124,000 nt of DNA, taken from Wallemia ichthyophaga EXF-994. Taxonomy: Eukaryota; Fungi; Basidiomycota. The notes below the pieces were generated by a model. It worked only from the letters and a program-made list of their open reading frames with translations, was not told the origin of the DNA and made no database searches. Positions within the stretch are counted from its first letter, which is position 1. Every line of letters starts with the position of its first letter. The DNA lies in NCBI RefSeq assembly GCF_000400465.1, contig NW_008806285.1, positions 144,001 through 268,000 of the forward strand, in the 5' to 3' direction. Positions 78,507 through 91,400 of this stretch are shown in pieces. The position numbers and the translations under genes were made by a program.

Positions 78507-80946
78507 TTAGTTGTTGTAGTTTAGGCTTGCGGAACTTAGCCTACGCAAAGATGTTCTGGTTGAATTGTTAAATTGATCTTGTTCTTTAGTATGGTCATAA
78601 GACGGAATATTTGCATTTGCAAATTCATATGTAGTTGTAGCAGCGCTTGGACTTGACGTATTAGCAAATGGTGTAATGGTCCCGCTAGTATTTGACATAG
78701 AGCCCCGCTTATATGACATCTTCTTTGAGGGAGTGATACCAAAGCGAGATTTTACACTACAGATTGAAGGTGATCGTGAGACTGAGGGATCACTAGACGA
78801 TTCGGTTTTAGGCAAATCACTGTTAATTAGAGAGTTTCTTTGCGAATTTGAAGACTTATTATCAATCAAATCATTTTCTTCGAGTTGTGTTGAATGAGAA
78901 TAGAGGGACATTCTTTCAGTATTGCTTGCAATTGTTTGAGACTCGTGTGACTGATTCAACTTGGCTTGTTCATGACATAGCTGTGTCGATTTAAAGTGAT
79001 CTTTCAAATCATTCCAAGGTAAGTTATTTTCTTTGAGAACAGTTTCAGTATTCTTATTATAAAGTGATTTTGATTGAGAATCGACAGCATTTAGTCTATT
79101 CTTCAAAGTCATAAAGGCTGATGACTGAGGTAATATCATCAAAAGACCATATAAGCACTTGAAAAGGAATGGATTTTGATCTGGTTCAAGTAATTGTAGT
79201 CTTAAACCAATGAAAACTGGGGATTCAATTAATTGAACAAGTTTGTCAACTTGAACGAGTAAATCGACATTGACGTGTAAATCCGAAATGATGTATAATA
79301 ATTCACTGGCGTGTTGATAGTTCTGAGAGAGCAAACATAGAGTAAAAACTGAGATTGGATTATGTGACCAAGACTTGTAAATTTTGCAAAATAATGATTT
79401 ATCTTGATCAGTTTCGATGTTTTTCAAAGATTTACGTAAGTCTGATAGTTCGGGTGCAGTAATCAAAACAATAGTTAGCTTTTGTATCAAGAAACTAACA
79501 AAATCGAAATCATCTTCAGATTGAATAATATCGGCCAAGGCTTGATAGATCTTAGAAGAGCCCAAACTTAAAGATAGTTGGCGAATAATCAAAGAACCGC
79601 GAAGATCTAAAAATCCACGGTCTGTAGAGAATAATTGAATCAAATTTTTCATGAACGCTATAAAGTAACTGAAATCAGAAACTTTGGAAATTTGAGCTAA
79701 AAGACGAAGGTTCCTTTTAATGACGTGCTCTGACGGATCGGAAAGAGTTTTGAGTAAAGCAGGAAAGGTGGCATCATCCAAACTGAAGATCTAGAAGACA
79801 GATTATTATAAAAGGCCAAAGGAAGAAGATACTAACCTCTTGGGGAGATATAGACTGTAACATCAACATCCAATCTAAAGCAGCAACTCTGGTTTGAACG
79901 TTATCATTCAACAGTTGCAAAGTTAGATTTGATAAAGTTAGCTGATAATCAAAGTTTTCAATAGAATGTAATGAACCTTTAATGATATTGAATAATTTGG
80001 AATTCAACTGATCAACTAAATGCTGGGTGTGAGGATTGTGATGAGAAAGGTATGGTAAGATTGTTGGAATCAATCTGGGAGTAAGAGGAATTAGAAGAGA
80101 AGGAGCAGAATCGAACAAAGAAGATAACCAATGAATTGCAGAGAATTGAATGACTTCATCTTGAGAGTTTAAATGATTAAACAGAGTTTCAGCGAGTTCA
80201 AAGTAATTGGGTTGAGATTGATTTGATTGAATATTAGATAAAAAGTTATTTAATAACGATTGAGTGGCCGATCTAACGTCAGGACTCGAATCAGACAGAT
80301 AACGCAATAAAGCGTCAAGAATCTTGGGTAGATGGGATATCAAATCGTTGCTGTTGATAGAATCGAATAAGGAAATCCAAGAAAGTAAAAACATTCTGGT
80401 GAAAGGAGAAACGACGTAAATTCTTTTCGATAGTAGTTGAATAAAGTGATTCAAATTGAATTGAGAATAAGACTCGGTGACTATGTCTTTTATTAGTCTA
80501 TCTAATAACTCACTACCATTCTTGACAGAGAGTTCAGAATCGGAGGAGAGTTTATTAAGACAATCGAATATTTGATCAAAGTGAGGCAAAAGATTAGATC
80601 TGGAAACTTTTGCGATGTTGTACATGGATTCGCAAGTGAAGTATCTAATTCTAGGATCAATATCGTTGAAGCAGGAGAGTATAGGTTTAATAATGATGTC
80701 TAGATAATGAATTAGTTGATCATCTAAAGCAACAGCGGCAGCTGCTAAACCAATTAAGCCACCATTCTTGATATTTGAATGATTCTCTTTATTAAATGAG
80801 GAAGCTAGCTGATCAATAATTAGTTTTATTTTATTTGTTTCATTCTTAAATAAAAATTCTTTCAACTGCTTTTCCAATTCCAACGCAGCAGATTTCCTCC
80901 TTTCATACTTTTGGTCATATAAGCTTCTTGATAAGTGATGGTCCAT
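78507..80946 (-). CDS. VAC14: PI(3,5)P2 regulator scaffold Vac14
   Basis: MDHHLSRSLYDQKYERRKSAALELEK, RYFTCESMYNIAK, QLVQLIESPVF.GLRLQLLEP. Confidence 0.95.
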
Positions 80947-81416
80947 TTCAAACAAGTCAATAAATCTTATAGACCGAATAACTATGTGAGCGATTTTGGA
81001 TGGATGAAGTATGAGTTTATAATTGTAATAGGAAGTTTCAGATGGATTACGTAGAGCAAGATTACCTTTCTTAACGAGGAATTTGGTAACGGCGTTCACA
81101 ATATTGTCGTTTACAGGGGGAGTGTATTATTATTCAATAGCGGCAGTTAAACAAGATGATTTTAGTGTGAGTATGGAGTTGTTAGAGGGTGTAGATAGTG
81201 GTACTGATGCTTTCAAAGGACGTTAAACCATTGATGATTAATAATCATGATTCGAATAAGAATACATCGATAGATGATAGCAACAGGAATAACAATAGTA
81301 ATGTCAATCAAGATATCGGTATCCTCAATAGAATACTAGGATACAACGGCTATAAAACATCAAGCAGTTTATTAGTAACTGATGCACCAAATTTAAATAA
81401 TTTAGGTAAAATGTAA
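80938..81416 (+). CDS. COA3: Cytochrome c oxidase assembly factor Coa3
   Basis: Spliced: MVHFKQVNKSYRPNNYEVSDGLRRARLPFLTRNLVTAFTILSFTGGVYYYSIAAVKQDDFSDV. Confidence 0.8.
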
Positions 81417-81452
81417 AATTATCCATGAATACAAGCTCATATCAATTCAACG

Positions 81453-82356
81453 ATGAACCAAAACGATTTTAGACAGTTAATCAGTCAGAGTAATCAGTCT
81501 AAAAAGCATGAAAATCTGAAAAATCTAAACAAGAATGATAAAAAGAGATTGTCCAATCTATCCACCTTATCTAATGATATTCAACTACTCGCTCAATCAA
81601 AAGGCTTAAATTTAGATGAAATCAATAAACAAAAGCTCAATAAATCTAAAGAAGTTGATGAGCATGTTCAATCAGAATTAGACTCCGTGATCAGTAACAT
81701 AAAACCTCCTACTAATCAACAACATCATTCAAATAAAAGATCTCGTAATGACATACTAGCCGAATTAAAGCGATCTAAACTTGATCATCAGTTTGATGAT
81801 TCTGCTTCAACCCAACATACCTATAAGCCTCCTTCTCCCGATGCCTTGAACTCTGATGATGACATTTTCAACGATACCAACGATAAGTATCAGCCACCCA
81901 TTTTATCTGATAGCGATAGCAATAGTGATAGCGGTAGCCATAACAATATCGATACTACTTCGAAAGACATTCAATCACCATTTTCACAACCGCAATCACC
82001 ACAAATCTCACAATCACCTCTACGGAAAAACTCCCTCTCCCCCTCTCCATCCCCTGAACTAGACATCTCTGGTAGATTAGTCGGCTTAACTTCAACTGCA
82101 CTACCCAACGTCGCCCAACGCATTCAATCTGATAAAGACGCTGAAATAGCTGATCAACGTAAACAACGTAAACAAATTTGGCTAGCTAAGCAAGGCATCA
82201 AGAAGGACACTGGTGACAACCCTGAACCTCCACCCCAAAAGACTCAAACTGACTCTCAAAAGTTAAATTCAGACTATCAAAGGTATGTTATAGTCTTGAC
82301 ATTCAATCAATTAATAAGGTTACATTCACAGAATCAACGCTTATATACAAAAAAAT
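81453..82356 (+). CDS. Hypothetical nuclear protein, RED/IK N-terminus-like
   Basis: MNQNDFRQL start resembles the RED-family NDDFRKLL motif; low-complexity body. Confidence 0.45.
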
Positions 82357-82408
82357 AAAAAATAAATAAACCCTACTATACAATCCTTTCCTTCATCTAC
82401 CAGTATCT

Positions 82409-85367
82409 TTACGCATTTGACATTTCGACTGGTACTGTTTCATAACCATTCTTTTGTAACTTTAATGGTCTAGTTGTAATCAGATCCCATATCTTATTTA
82501 AACGACCTGTAAAATCATTCTTCATCTTGTTTGTGATCCTCTCTCCTTCTTCGAATCTTGGCTTCCTCCACAGCTTCAACGTTAGGCTGTTTACGACAAC
82601 TGAAACTGACGAACACGCCATCGCCAACCCTGCCATCATCGGATGTAAATGAATATTCCAAGGCAAGAACATTCCCATAGCTAATGGTATAAAAATTGTG
82701 TTATACCCACAAGCCCACAAGAAGTTCATCTTTATCTTCTTCATTATCGCTTTTGATAACTTGATTGAGTTATAAACATCCTTGATTTCTCCTTGCCTCA
82801 TCAATACTATATCTGCTGCTTCAATTGCAATAGATGATCCAGAAGCCAAAGCTATTCCCACGGATGCTGCAGCAAGTGCAGGTGAATCATTTATTCCATC
82901 TCCCACCTGTACCTATATTAGTTTTTTTAAACAGTAAAATTTCAACTGACCATTGCTACACCTCCATCATTATCATCAATCATTGTAATCACCCTTTCTC
83001 GCTTTCCTTTCGGACTAACACCTGCAAATACTCTATTTTTTGCTATAAAAGCTTTTTCTGCTATTGACAAAGCGGTGTTCATTTGATCACCAGTCATCAG
83101 GTAGCTTTCGATTGAGATATTCGATAACGACCTAATTGTTTCTCTAACATTTGACTTAATTTCATCGCCAAGTGCGATTACCACTATTGGTTCTGATTGA
83201 ATAGTCACATATACTATTGTAAAGCCTTTTTCTGAATTTATATTCCTAAACTGTTCCAGGTCCTTTGGCTCTTTTATTCCTTTATGCAGTATTGTTTGAT
83301 TACCAATTTCGACTTGCAAATCAATTGAAGACTTATCGGATAATAACAAGGATACTTCTGATTCAACACCTTTACCTGTATGTGATAACCAGCTCTTGAT
83401 TGAATAGACATCGTCATTATTATTATCAACGATAACTTTATTGTTGAAATGATTCATAATTGCTTGACCCAGTGGGTGCTCACTCTTTGATTCCACAATC
83501 GATATAATCTTCATCACTTGCTCTTTTTTGAAACCTAATGAATGATAACCACCTCTGAATGCATCATCATTCCATGCAACAGAAGTAACGTTAATGTTCC
83601 CTTCAGTTATTGTACCAGTCTTATCCCAAACTATTCTTCTAATTTTGCTGGCTTGCTCTAATGCTTGACCACCTTTTATCAAAATTCCATTCTGAGCACC
83701 AACACCTGTACCAACCATTACAGCAGTTGGTGTTGATAATCCTAAAGCGCATGGACATGCGACAACAATAACTGAAATGCAAAGTTTCAAACAAACTGCA
83801 AATCTACTAACACCAATTTGATTGAATATGTGAGGTAAAGAGGATTTTGGTATAATCAAATAAGAAAGTATCATCCAGACCGAGAATGTTAATAATCCAA
83901 GTAAAATAACCGTTGGCACAAAGTAGCCAGCAATTCTATCGGCAAATGCTTGAATAGGGGCTTTAGAAGTTTGAGCATCTTCAACCAACTTTACTATTTG
84001 CGATAATGCCGTATCTGTACCTGATCTTGTAACACAAACATCAATAGATCCATTTATGTTCATTGTACCACCGGTAACAACATCCCCTTTTGATTTGGGT
84101 ACCGGTATGGGTTCACCTGTAATCATACTTTCATCAATTAATGAAGTACCTTTACAAACACAACCGTCTGCAGGTAATCTCTCTCCAGGTACCAACTTAA
84201 CTATGTCACCCTTTTGTAACAATTCCGTTGGTATCTTTTTTTCGTCGAAATGTACTTGATCTTGGTTTGATTCATCATAATTTGTGTAAATAACAGCTGA
84301 ACTTGGAGCCAATTGTAATAAATCTGATAAAGCTGTACTAGTTTTACCCTTTGCTAGATTCTCCAAGTATCTACCAAGCGTGACAAACGTAATCAACATT
84401 GTTGATGTATCAAAAAACGTTTGAGGTATTACGCTATCACTAGACCAAGTGAAAACGCTTGATACCATAACACCTGCACTATAAACAAAAGCAGCTGTTG
84501 TACCAAAAACAACTAAAACGTCCATTGTGGCTGATTTGTGAAGTAAACTTTTATAAGCCGGCTTATAGAAGAGTTTACCGATTCCAAATTGAACTGGAAT
84601 TGTTAAGACTAGACAGATAAGATCACCAATTGTCAATCCACGCCATAAGTTGAAGATAACAAAAGGTTTAACTGAAGGTATCATTGGTAAAAGCATTCCA
84701 ATTAGGAAGACGGGTATAGCGAATGTGGAGGAATACTTCAGAGCGTCTTTCCATTGATTAACTTCCTTGATTCTAGATAAGGATTTTAATTGACTATCAT
84801 TCCTGTCATCACGGATCATTGAATCGAAACCCGCATCCTGGATGGCTTCAACGATATCTCTAACGCCAATTTGATCAGCATTATAATGAACTCTAGCGAA
84901 TTCCATTGGTAATGAAATATCTGACGAGATAACGCCATCTAAATTTGATAAAGCTGATTGTATTGATGAAGTGCACGAAGAGCACGTCATGCCATAAATG
85001 GAGATATCAATAACGGACTTTGAGTTTAAATTAGTCAAAGCTGTTGCTTCAAATCCCATTTCTCCTATTTCCTTTTATAATTTTGTCAAATTGTCTATAA
85101 ATAGGTATTACAACTCACGTTAGCGAGCTTTTCAGGATCCCAGTAATCTTTGATATAATTTATAGTTGCCTTTTCTGATAACAGCGCGACTTGAATGGAT
85201 TCAACCCCTTGTAATTTCCCTATATAACTCTCGATACTCTGTAACGTAAGGAAGTCAGCGTAAAGAGAAACAATGAATAATATTAGATGACAAACCTGTA
85301 CACAAGAGCTACATGTCATGCCTTCTACTTTAAGCGTGCAATTCTCGATTGCTGTACTTTCCATCAT
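82409..85367 (-). CDS. CCC2: Cu(I)-transporting P1B ATPase
   Basis: Two GMTCSSC HMA motifs, TGE, CPCALGL, DKTGT, GDGINDSPALA. Confidence 0.96.
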
Positions 85368-85442
85368 GAAAGTTGCGTTGTACGTCCAAAGCTATTAATC
85401 AAATGCGATAAAATCCGTGATACAAATAAAATAAATTATCAA

Positions 85443-86519
85443 TTACTCTAATTCCTTCATAGACCTTGTAGCAGTACCGCGCTTTAATGGTTTCAATTGA
85501 TCATCAGAGCGCTTCCAACCAATGACATTTATAATCTGGAATGTGGCGGGTATAGTTCCATCTTGGTTGCCATGTAATGATTTGTAGATCTCTGAAGCTG
85601 CTATTAGAGTATCCCTTGAAATATGCGTTCTTCTTCCATTTATTGCGTTTGATTCACCCATGAACTTGAGATCCTCCATCAATTCGAACATTGAAGGATA
85701 ATTAATGATGAGATCATCAATATCAATAGTCAGTAATGTAAATCCAGCTCTGTTCATTAAATTGCCGACATCTGTCGTATCTGTCATTGGTGAAACATGA
85801 GGACCGAAGCCACCCCAGCGTTCTTGTTCAGCTAGTTGTAATGAAGTGCGTAATTCAAATAACGTATCACCACCAAATAAGCATCCCAAGAAAGGGCTAT
85901 CTGGTTTTAATGCGCGATTAAATTGAATCAAAGCACCAGGTAAATCGTTAACCCAGTGTAAACCCAAAGATGAAACGATAATATCAGTTGAATTGGGATT
86001 GAATATGTTATCAAATGAAGGGTTCTCTTCATCAATTTGAATCCTATTTGGTATCTCTAATCACGATTAGCTGAATATCAGCCATTTATGAAATTCAAGC
86101 TTACTAGCAAAGTATACATCGCTATCTTGATCTCTTAAAACAGCTTTAACTGTTCAAATTGTGAGAATAACTCAATGAATTAAAAGTAACTAACCTGACG
86201 AATCAGCGATGTTTATATCATCAGCCAATTCCTCTTCATCTAAAACTCTTGCAGCCTGATTGGATCCACTGCCAATACAAATAGCTTTAGTGTATCTCCT
86301 CTTTATATCAAGAAGCCTGTCCCTAAAGCTCTCTCCAACCTCATTCTTTATATAATCTACTGTCCTTGAATCTTGTAGGTTACTGGCTGCTACTTCCTTT
86401 TGCCACGTCTTTGTACTTCTATCAAAGACATTAAAAACTGAAGGCGTAGGCTTTTGAATTGAATTTAAATTTGAATGAGTTGCAAATCCTCTGAGATTCT
86501 TTATATTTCTCAATATCAT
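85443..86519 (-). CDS. NDUFAF5: Complex I assembly factor NDUFAF5 (SAM-dependent)
   Basis: VFDRSTK, SSLGLHWVNDLPG, GGDTLFELRTSLQLAEQER.GG..PHVSP. Confidence 0.92.
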
Positions 86520-86609
86520 GATAAATGCACTGGTTAAAGAGGTGAAATGTAAATTTATTTTCAAAATTCAACAATATACGGATATCATTGGATATCATAA
86601 CGCTGTAAT

Positions 86610-88099
86610 TTAATATTCTCCCTCTTCCTCAACTCCGTCTGCAGAATCAACTCCAACTTCTTCGTAATCCTTCTCAAGTGCTGCAAGATCTTCTCTAGCC
86701 TCTGAGAATTCACCCTCTTCCATACCCTCTCCAACGTACCAGTGAACAAAGGCGCGCTTTGAGTAAAGTAAGTCAAATTTGTGATCAAGACGTGCCCATG
86801 CGTTTGCGATTGCTGTGGTGTTTGAAAGCATACATAATGATCTTGATACCTTGGCGAGATCACCACCTGGAACCAAAGCTGGTGCTTCATTACAGATACC
86901 AAGCTTGAATCCAGTTGGACACCAATCAACGAATTGGATGGTACGCTTCGTCTTGATTGTTGCAACTGATGCATTAGCATCCTTTGGTACAACATCACCT
87001 CTGTAAAGCAAGCAACATGCCATATATTTACCTTGACGTGGATCACACTTAACCATTTGGTTGCCTGGGTCAAAGCAAGAGAATGTCATCTCTGAAACCG
87101 AGTTTTGCTCATGTGTTGCTTTCTCTGCTGATATTATTGGTGCGTAAGATGCCAATGGGAAGTGAATACGTGGGAATGGTACCAAATTCGTTTGGAATTC
87201 GTTAAGGTCAACGTTAAGTGATCCATCGAATCGAAGTGATGCAGTAACTGATGAAACAACTTGAGCAATAAGTCTGTTCAAATTGGTGTAAGATGGGCTT
87301 TGAATACCAAGTCTGTTACGGCAAATATCGTAGATAGCCTCGTTGTCAACCATGAAAGAACAATCAGAGTGCTCAAGTGTAGTGTGCGTAGTGAGAACAC
87401 TGTTGTATGGTTCAACAACTGATGTTGACATCTTTGGTGATGGGTAAACTGAGAATTCAAGTTTCGACTTCTTTCCGTAATCGAGTGAGAGACGCTCGAG
87501 GAGAAGTGCTCCGAAACCAGAACCGGTACCACCACCGAATGAGTGGAATACAAAGAATCCTTGAAGACCTGAACAGTTATCCGCAAGACGACGAACTCTG
87601 TCGAGTACTGAGTCTACGAGTTCTTTACCAACCGTGTAGTGACCACGAGCGTAGTTGTTGGCTGCGTCTTCCTTACCGGTAACCAAAGTTTCTGGGTGGA
87701 AGAGTGATCTGTATGGTCCAGTTCTAACCTCGTCAACTACGTTTGGCTCAAGATCGACGTAGATGGAACGAGGAACGTGCTTGCCTGATCCCGTTTCAGA
87801 AAAGAAAGTTGAGAATCCATCATCGTTAGCTGATGGTGAATCTGGCATAAGACGACCATCTGGCTGTGAATTTTGTTATTATTGAGTTCTGTTTATGTGA
87901 AAATTTTCAGCTTACTGAGAGACCGTGCTCAACGGTGTAGAGTTCCCCTGATACGCGTTAAATTTGATTTCAATAGATTTTAATCAACCCACAGCAAGCG
88001 TTACCGATTTGTACACCTGCTTGACCGACGTGCTATTGACAGTGAGTTGACGTGGCGCAGGAAATAGTTTAGACTTACGACGGAGATAACTTCACGCAT
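86610..88099 (-). CDS. TUB1: Alpha-tubulin
   Basis: [32 protein letters not shown]-terminal EEEGEY. Confidence 0.99.
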
Positions 88100-88435
88100 T
88101 CTTAATTATTTATTGAATTTATTGGTATTTAACTGAAAGGGGCCTTGACTCTCGCAAATAAGGGTGCTTTAGAGAAAAGACTTGGTCGTACGGACTCAAG
88201 TGCGTCGCGTCTATAGATACGTGATGTATAAAATTTACAAGTCAGTGGAAATCCAACTCAAATATCATTCGTAACTTTGAACAACTTTTCATTGCCCCAG
88301 TCTCACCTCTTAACTTCGTCTCAATCTCTTTTTGACTTTGGCTCCTTACTCAATTCACAACGGCATCAAGTCATTTATATCTAATTGATTGCATGCAATT
88401 TCAAGTGGTATGACATAAATATTAGTTTCAGACCG

Positions 88436-91400
88436 TTACCCAGCATCTTTTGCAAACTCATCGCTGTGTTCCTCATTTTCATCATCGTTGAACCTAACCT
88501 CTTTTCTGTCTTGATCGTTGCTTAAAGGTGACGTACTGCTACGATCGCTAATATCCAACGAACCTTCATTTGTATGCACCTCGTTTTCATTTGCGCTCTC
88601 CTCTATCGTCTTTGTTAAAGGTGCCAGGAATCCATTATTCTGCAGTGATGCCAACATATCTGCTGCCATAGCTGCTTCATTACCTGGACCTGATAAATCT
88701 GATTGACTTTGCGAGGCATGAGGTACAGAGCTCCTTCTGTTTCCCTTCCTGGCTCGCCTTCTAGGCGCTGTGTCTCCTTGCTTGAGCTTGTCGAGCAATG
88801 TATCCATTATTGACTCGCCCTCTGGGTCCGTGTAAGCTGCTTGTATTGCTGCTCTTTCTTTAACTCTAGCTTCTTTAGCTTGACGTCGCTTTTCAATGCT
88901 CGCCTTCTCCTCTGCGTACGTCTGGTTCTCATTTTTACATTTCTAATCGTAACATTAGTCAAAACCCACAAAACACTTTAGTAAATACCTTGTAAGAAGC
89001 CAGAAATTGCTTAAACACACCAAAGAACTCCGAAGTCGATGGTAACTTGTCAAGTTCACCATAGAAGCGAGCAGTGTTCTGATACGAAGCATCGGCCAAA
89101 GCTAATCTGTCAACCATGCCATCTAGCTTCCCTTTAGCAACTGCAGAAAATTTCCACATCTTTTCAGGGTACCCATCTCGAGGGGTAATAGATTCCGGAT
89201 CATTGAAGTGATTCTCCAATTCCAACAACAAGTGTTTCAGCCCTTCTCTAAGATCTCCTAGACCTTTCCTCACATCCGTCAAATTTACTACTAACGTCAG
89301 CTTGCGGGTTGCAAGTATATATCTCACTAACCTCTGTAAGCTTCAGCCGGCTTTGACAACTCATCAATGAAGAGCTCCATGTCAGTGAACTGCTTTGCTA
89401 CGGTTCTCTCGAGGAAGTGAACCAAAGTAGTTCCATTTGTCGACTTGGTATCAACCATCTACTTCGCGTTAACATATTCCACAAACAAATGCACTCGTAC
89501 CTTATTTAAACTGGTGATCTTAAAACCGAAAGCTCCACCTTTAACACCTTGAGCATTCATGTAATTACCAATCAGTAACACCAGCTGCAGATAATTAGAT
89601 TATATGAAATCCCCTATTCTTACTCACCTTCAACATTTCTATAAACCTTGGAGCAGACATTAGACTTTCAGATGCCTCATGAACTACATCAACGCTCTGC
89701 CGATGTTAGAAGAATTATGTGCTTTTGTAATGACTCACTTCACTTAGAATATTGTACACCTCTTCGAAAACAGACTTATAAAGCATACCCTCGATTCTAG
89801 GTCCCATTCTTTCTATCTTGATCAACTGAACCATTAGTCTGTCTGCAGGGTGCAAAGTAACAAGAACCTCAGGGCCTGCATCCTTGTAAGGTGCCAATTT
89901 ACCTGCCTGTTCAGGAGTCGGCAGAACCGGTTTCAACTCGCTCAAGAATGTCTGCGTACAGAAGTCCTCGTCAAATGAAAGGATTTTTGAGGCGATCTGT
90001 TCGGGGGAGTATTGCTTTACCCGCTGCATCACAATTTCGATTCTCTTCTGCGATGAAACGTCTAGAACACTTATCAAGTCCTTGTCCTTTTTCTTGTTCA
90101 TCAAATTGAGGACTATCTGCTTACTCTTAAAATCTTCTTCGAGTTCAATCCACACACCATCACGCTTTAATTGGTTAAACCATTCTGTTTCAGGAGCCTC
90201 GTTCGTAAGACCCCAGACAGTCTTACCGAGATGATTTTGATTTATTTTATCCCACTGTAGCTGCTTCATCTTCTGACTCGCGGCGTCAGGCAGCTCTTTA
90301 CGAGCATGAGCACTATACATAGTAGAAGTAGGTCGTGAAGAGGGAGGGATTGGCGGAGGAGGCGGAAGACCGGTGTTAGTAGCTGGTATTGCTTGACGTA
90401 GACCACCAGACTTGAGTATGTTCGCAAGTGAGGCGTTTGGTGTTGTAGTACCTGGTGGTGGCGGAGGTGGTGGCGGAGGAGGTGGAGCTCCCTGAGATGA
90501 CGCTTGAGAAGTTGGAGGTGGGGGAGGCGGTAAAGGTATAGGGCCACCAGCTCCCATGGCAATTACTGGATTTCCGACCGGTGGAGGAGGAGGAGGCACA
90601 GGTATAAGACCACCTGTTGTCATAGCACTTGCAGGATTTCCGACTGGAGGGGGAGGAGGCGGCACAGGTATAAGGCCACCTGTTGTCATAGCACTTGCAG
90701 GATTTCCAACCGGAGGTGGCGGTGGGGCTGGAGGAGCTGGAGGAGCTGTAGGGGGTGTAGATTCTGCTGCTGGCATTGAAGATAAAAGATCTTTATCATT
90801 TGTGGCGGACGTCTGATCCGTAACATCCGGTCTACCAACCCCTTGGTGTTTTTTGAGGTTCTTAGTTTGCTTTTGTAGCATGGCTTCAAATGCATTGTTG
90901 CGGGTTTCTGATGAGTTTTCATTAATGGAGGCCATGGATGTCACTTGGGTATCGTCACTTTGGGTAGTAAACCCGCTAGCATGAGTCATAGTTGCATCAG
91001 ACTGCTCCTCGTCAGTCTGCGATTCTTCAGTAACTGCTGGCATCTCTGAATCCGTCTTTGATCTGTCGTCTTCATCTTTATCGTCTTCGTCTAAGGGTAA
91101 ACCTGAAGGCGTCCTGCGGCCTCTGCTGCGAATCTCTTCTAGGTAGGCCGGTTCTATACCAAGTTTCTTATGACTTTTACGTTTACTGGACTTTTCTTGT
91201 GGACTTGGTGCTGTCTTGGAAATTGACATCGAACTATTATCTACATCAATCTCCCGAGAACTACTCACGTATGGACCGTTACTAGGTTGGACACTCATAA
91301 TCGCACTGTCACTCGAAATCCTCTTACTGCTTCTTTGAGGTTTACCTGAAGGCATAGGTCTAGCCAATGCTTTTCGCTGTTGTACGTTGTAATCCACATC

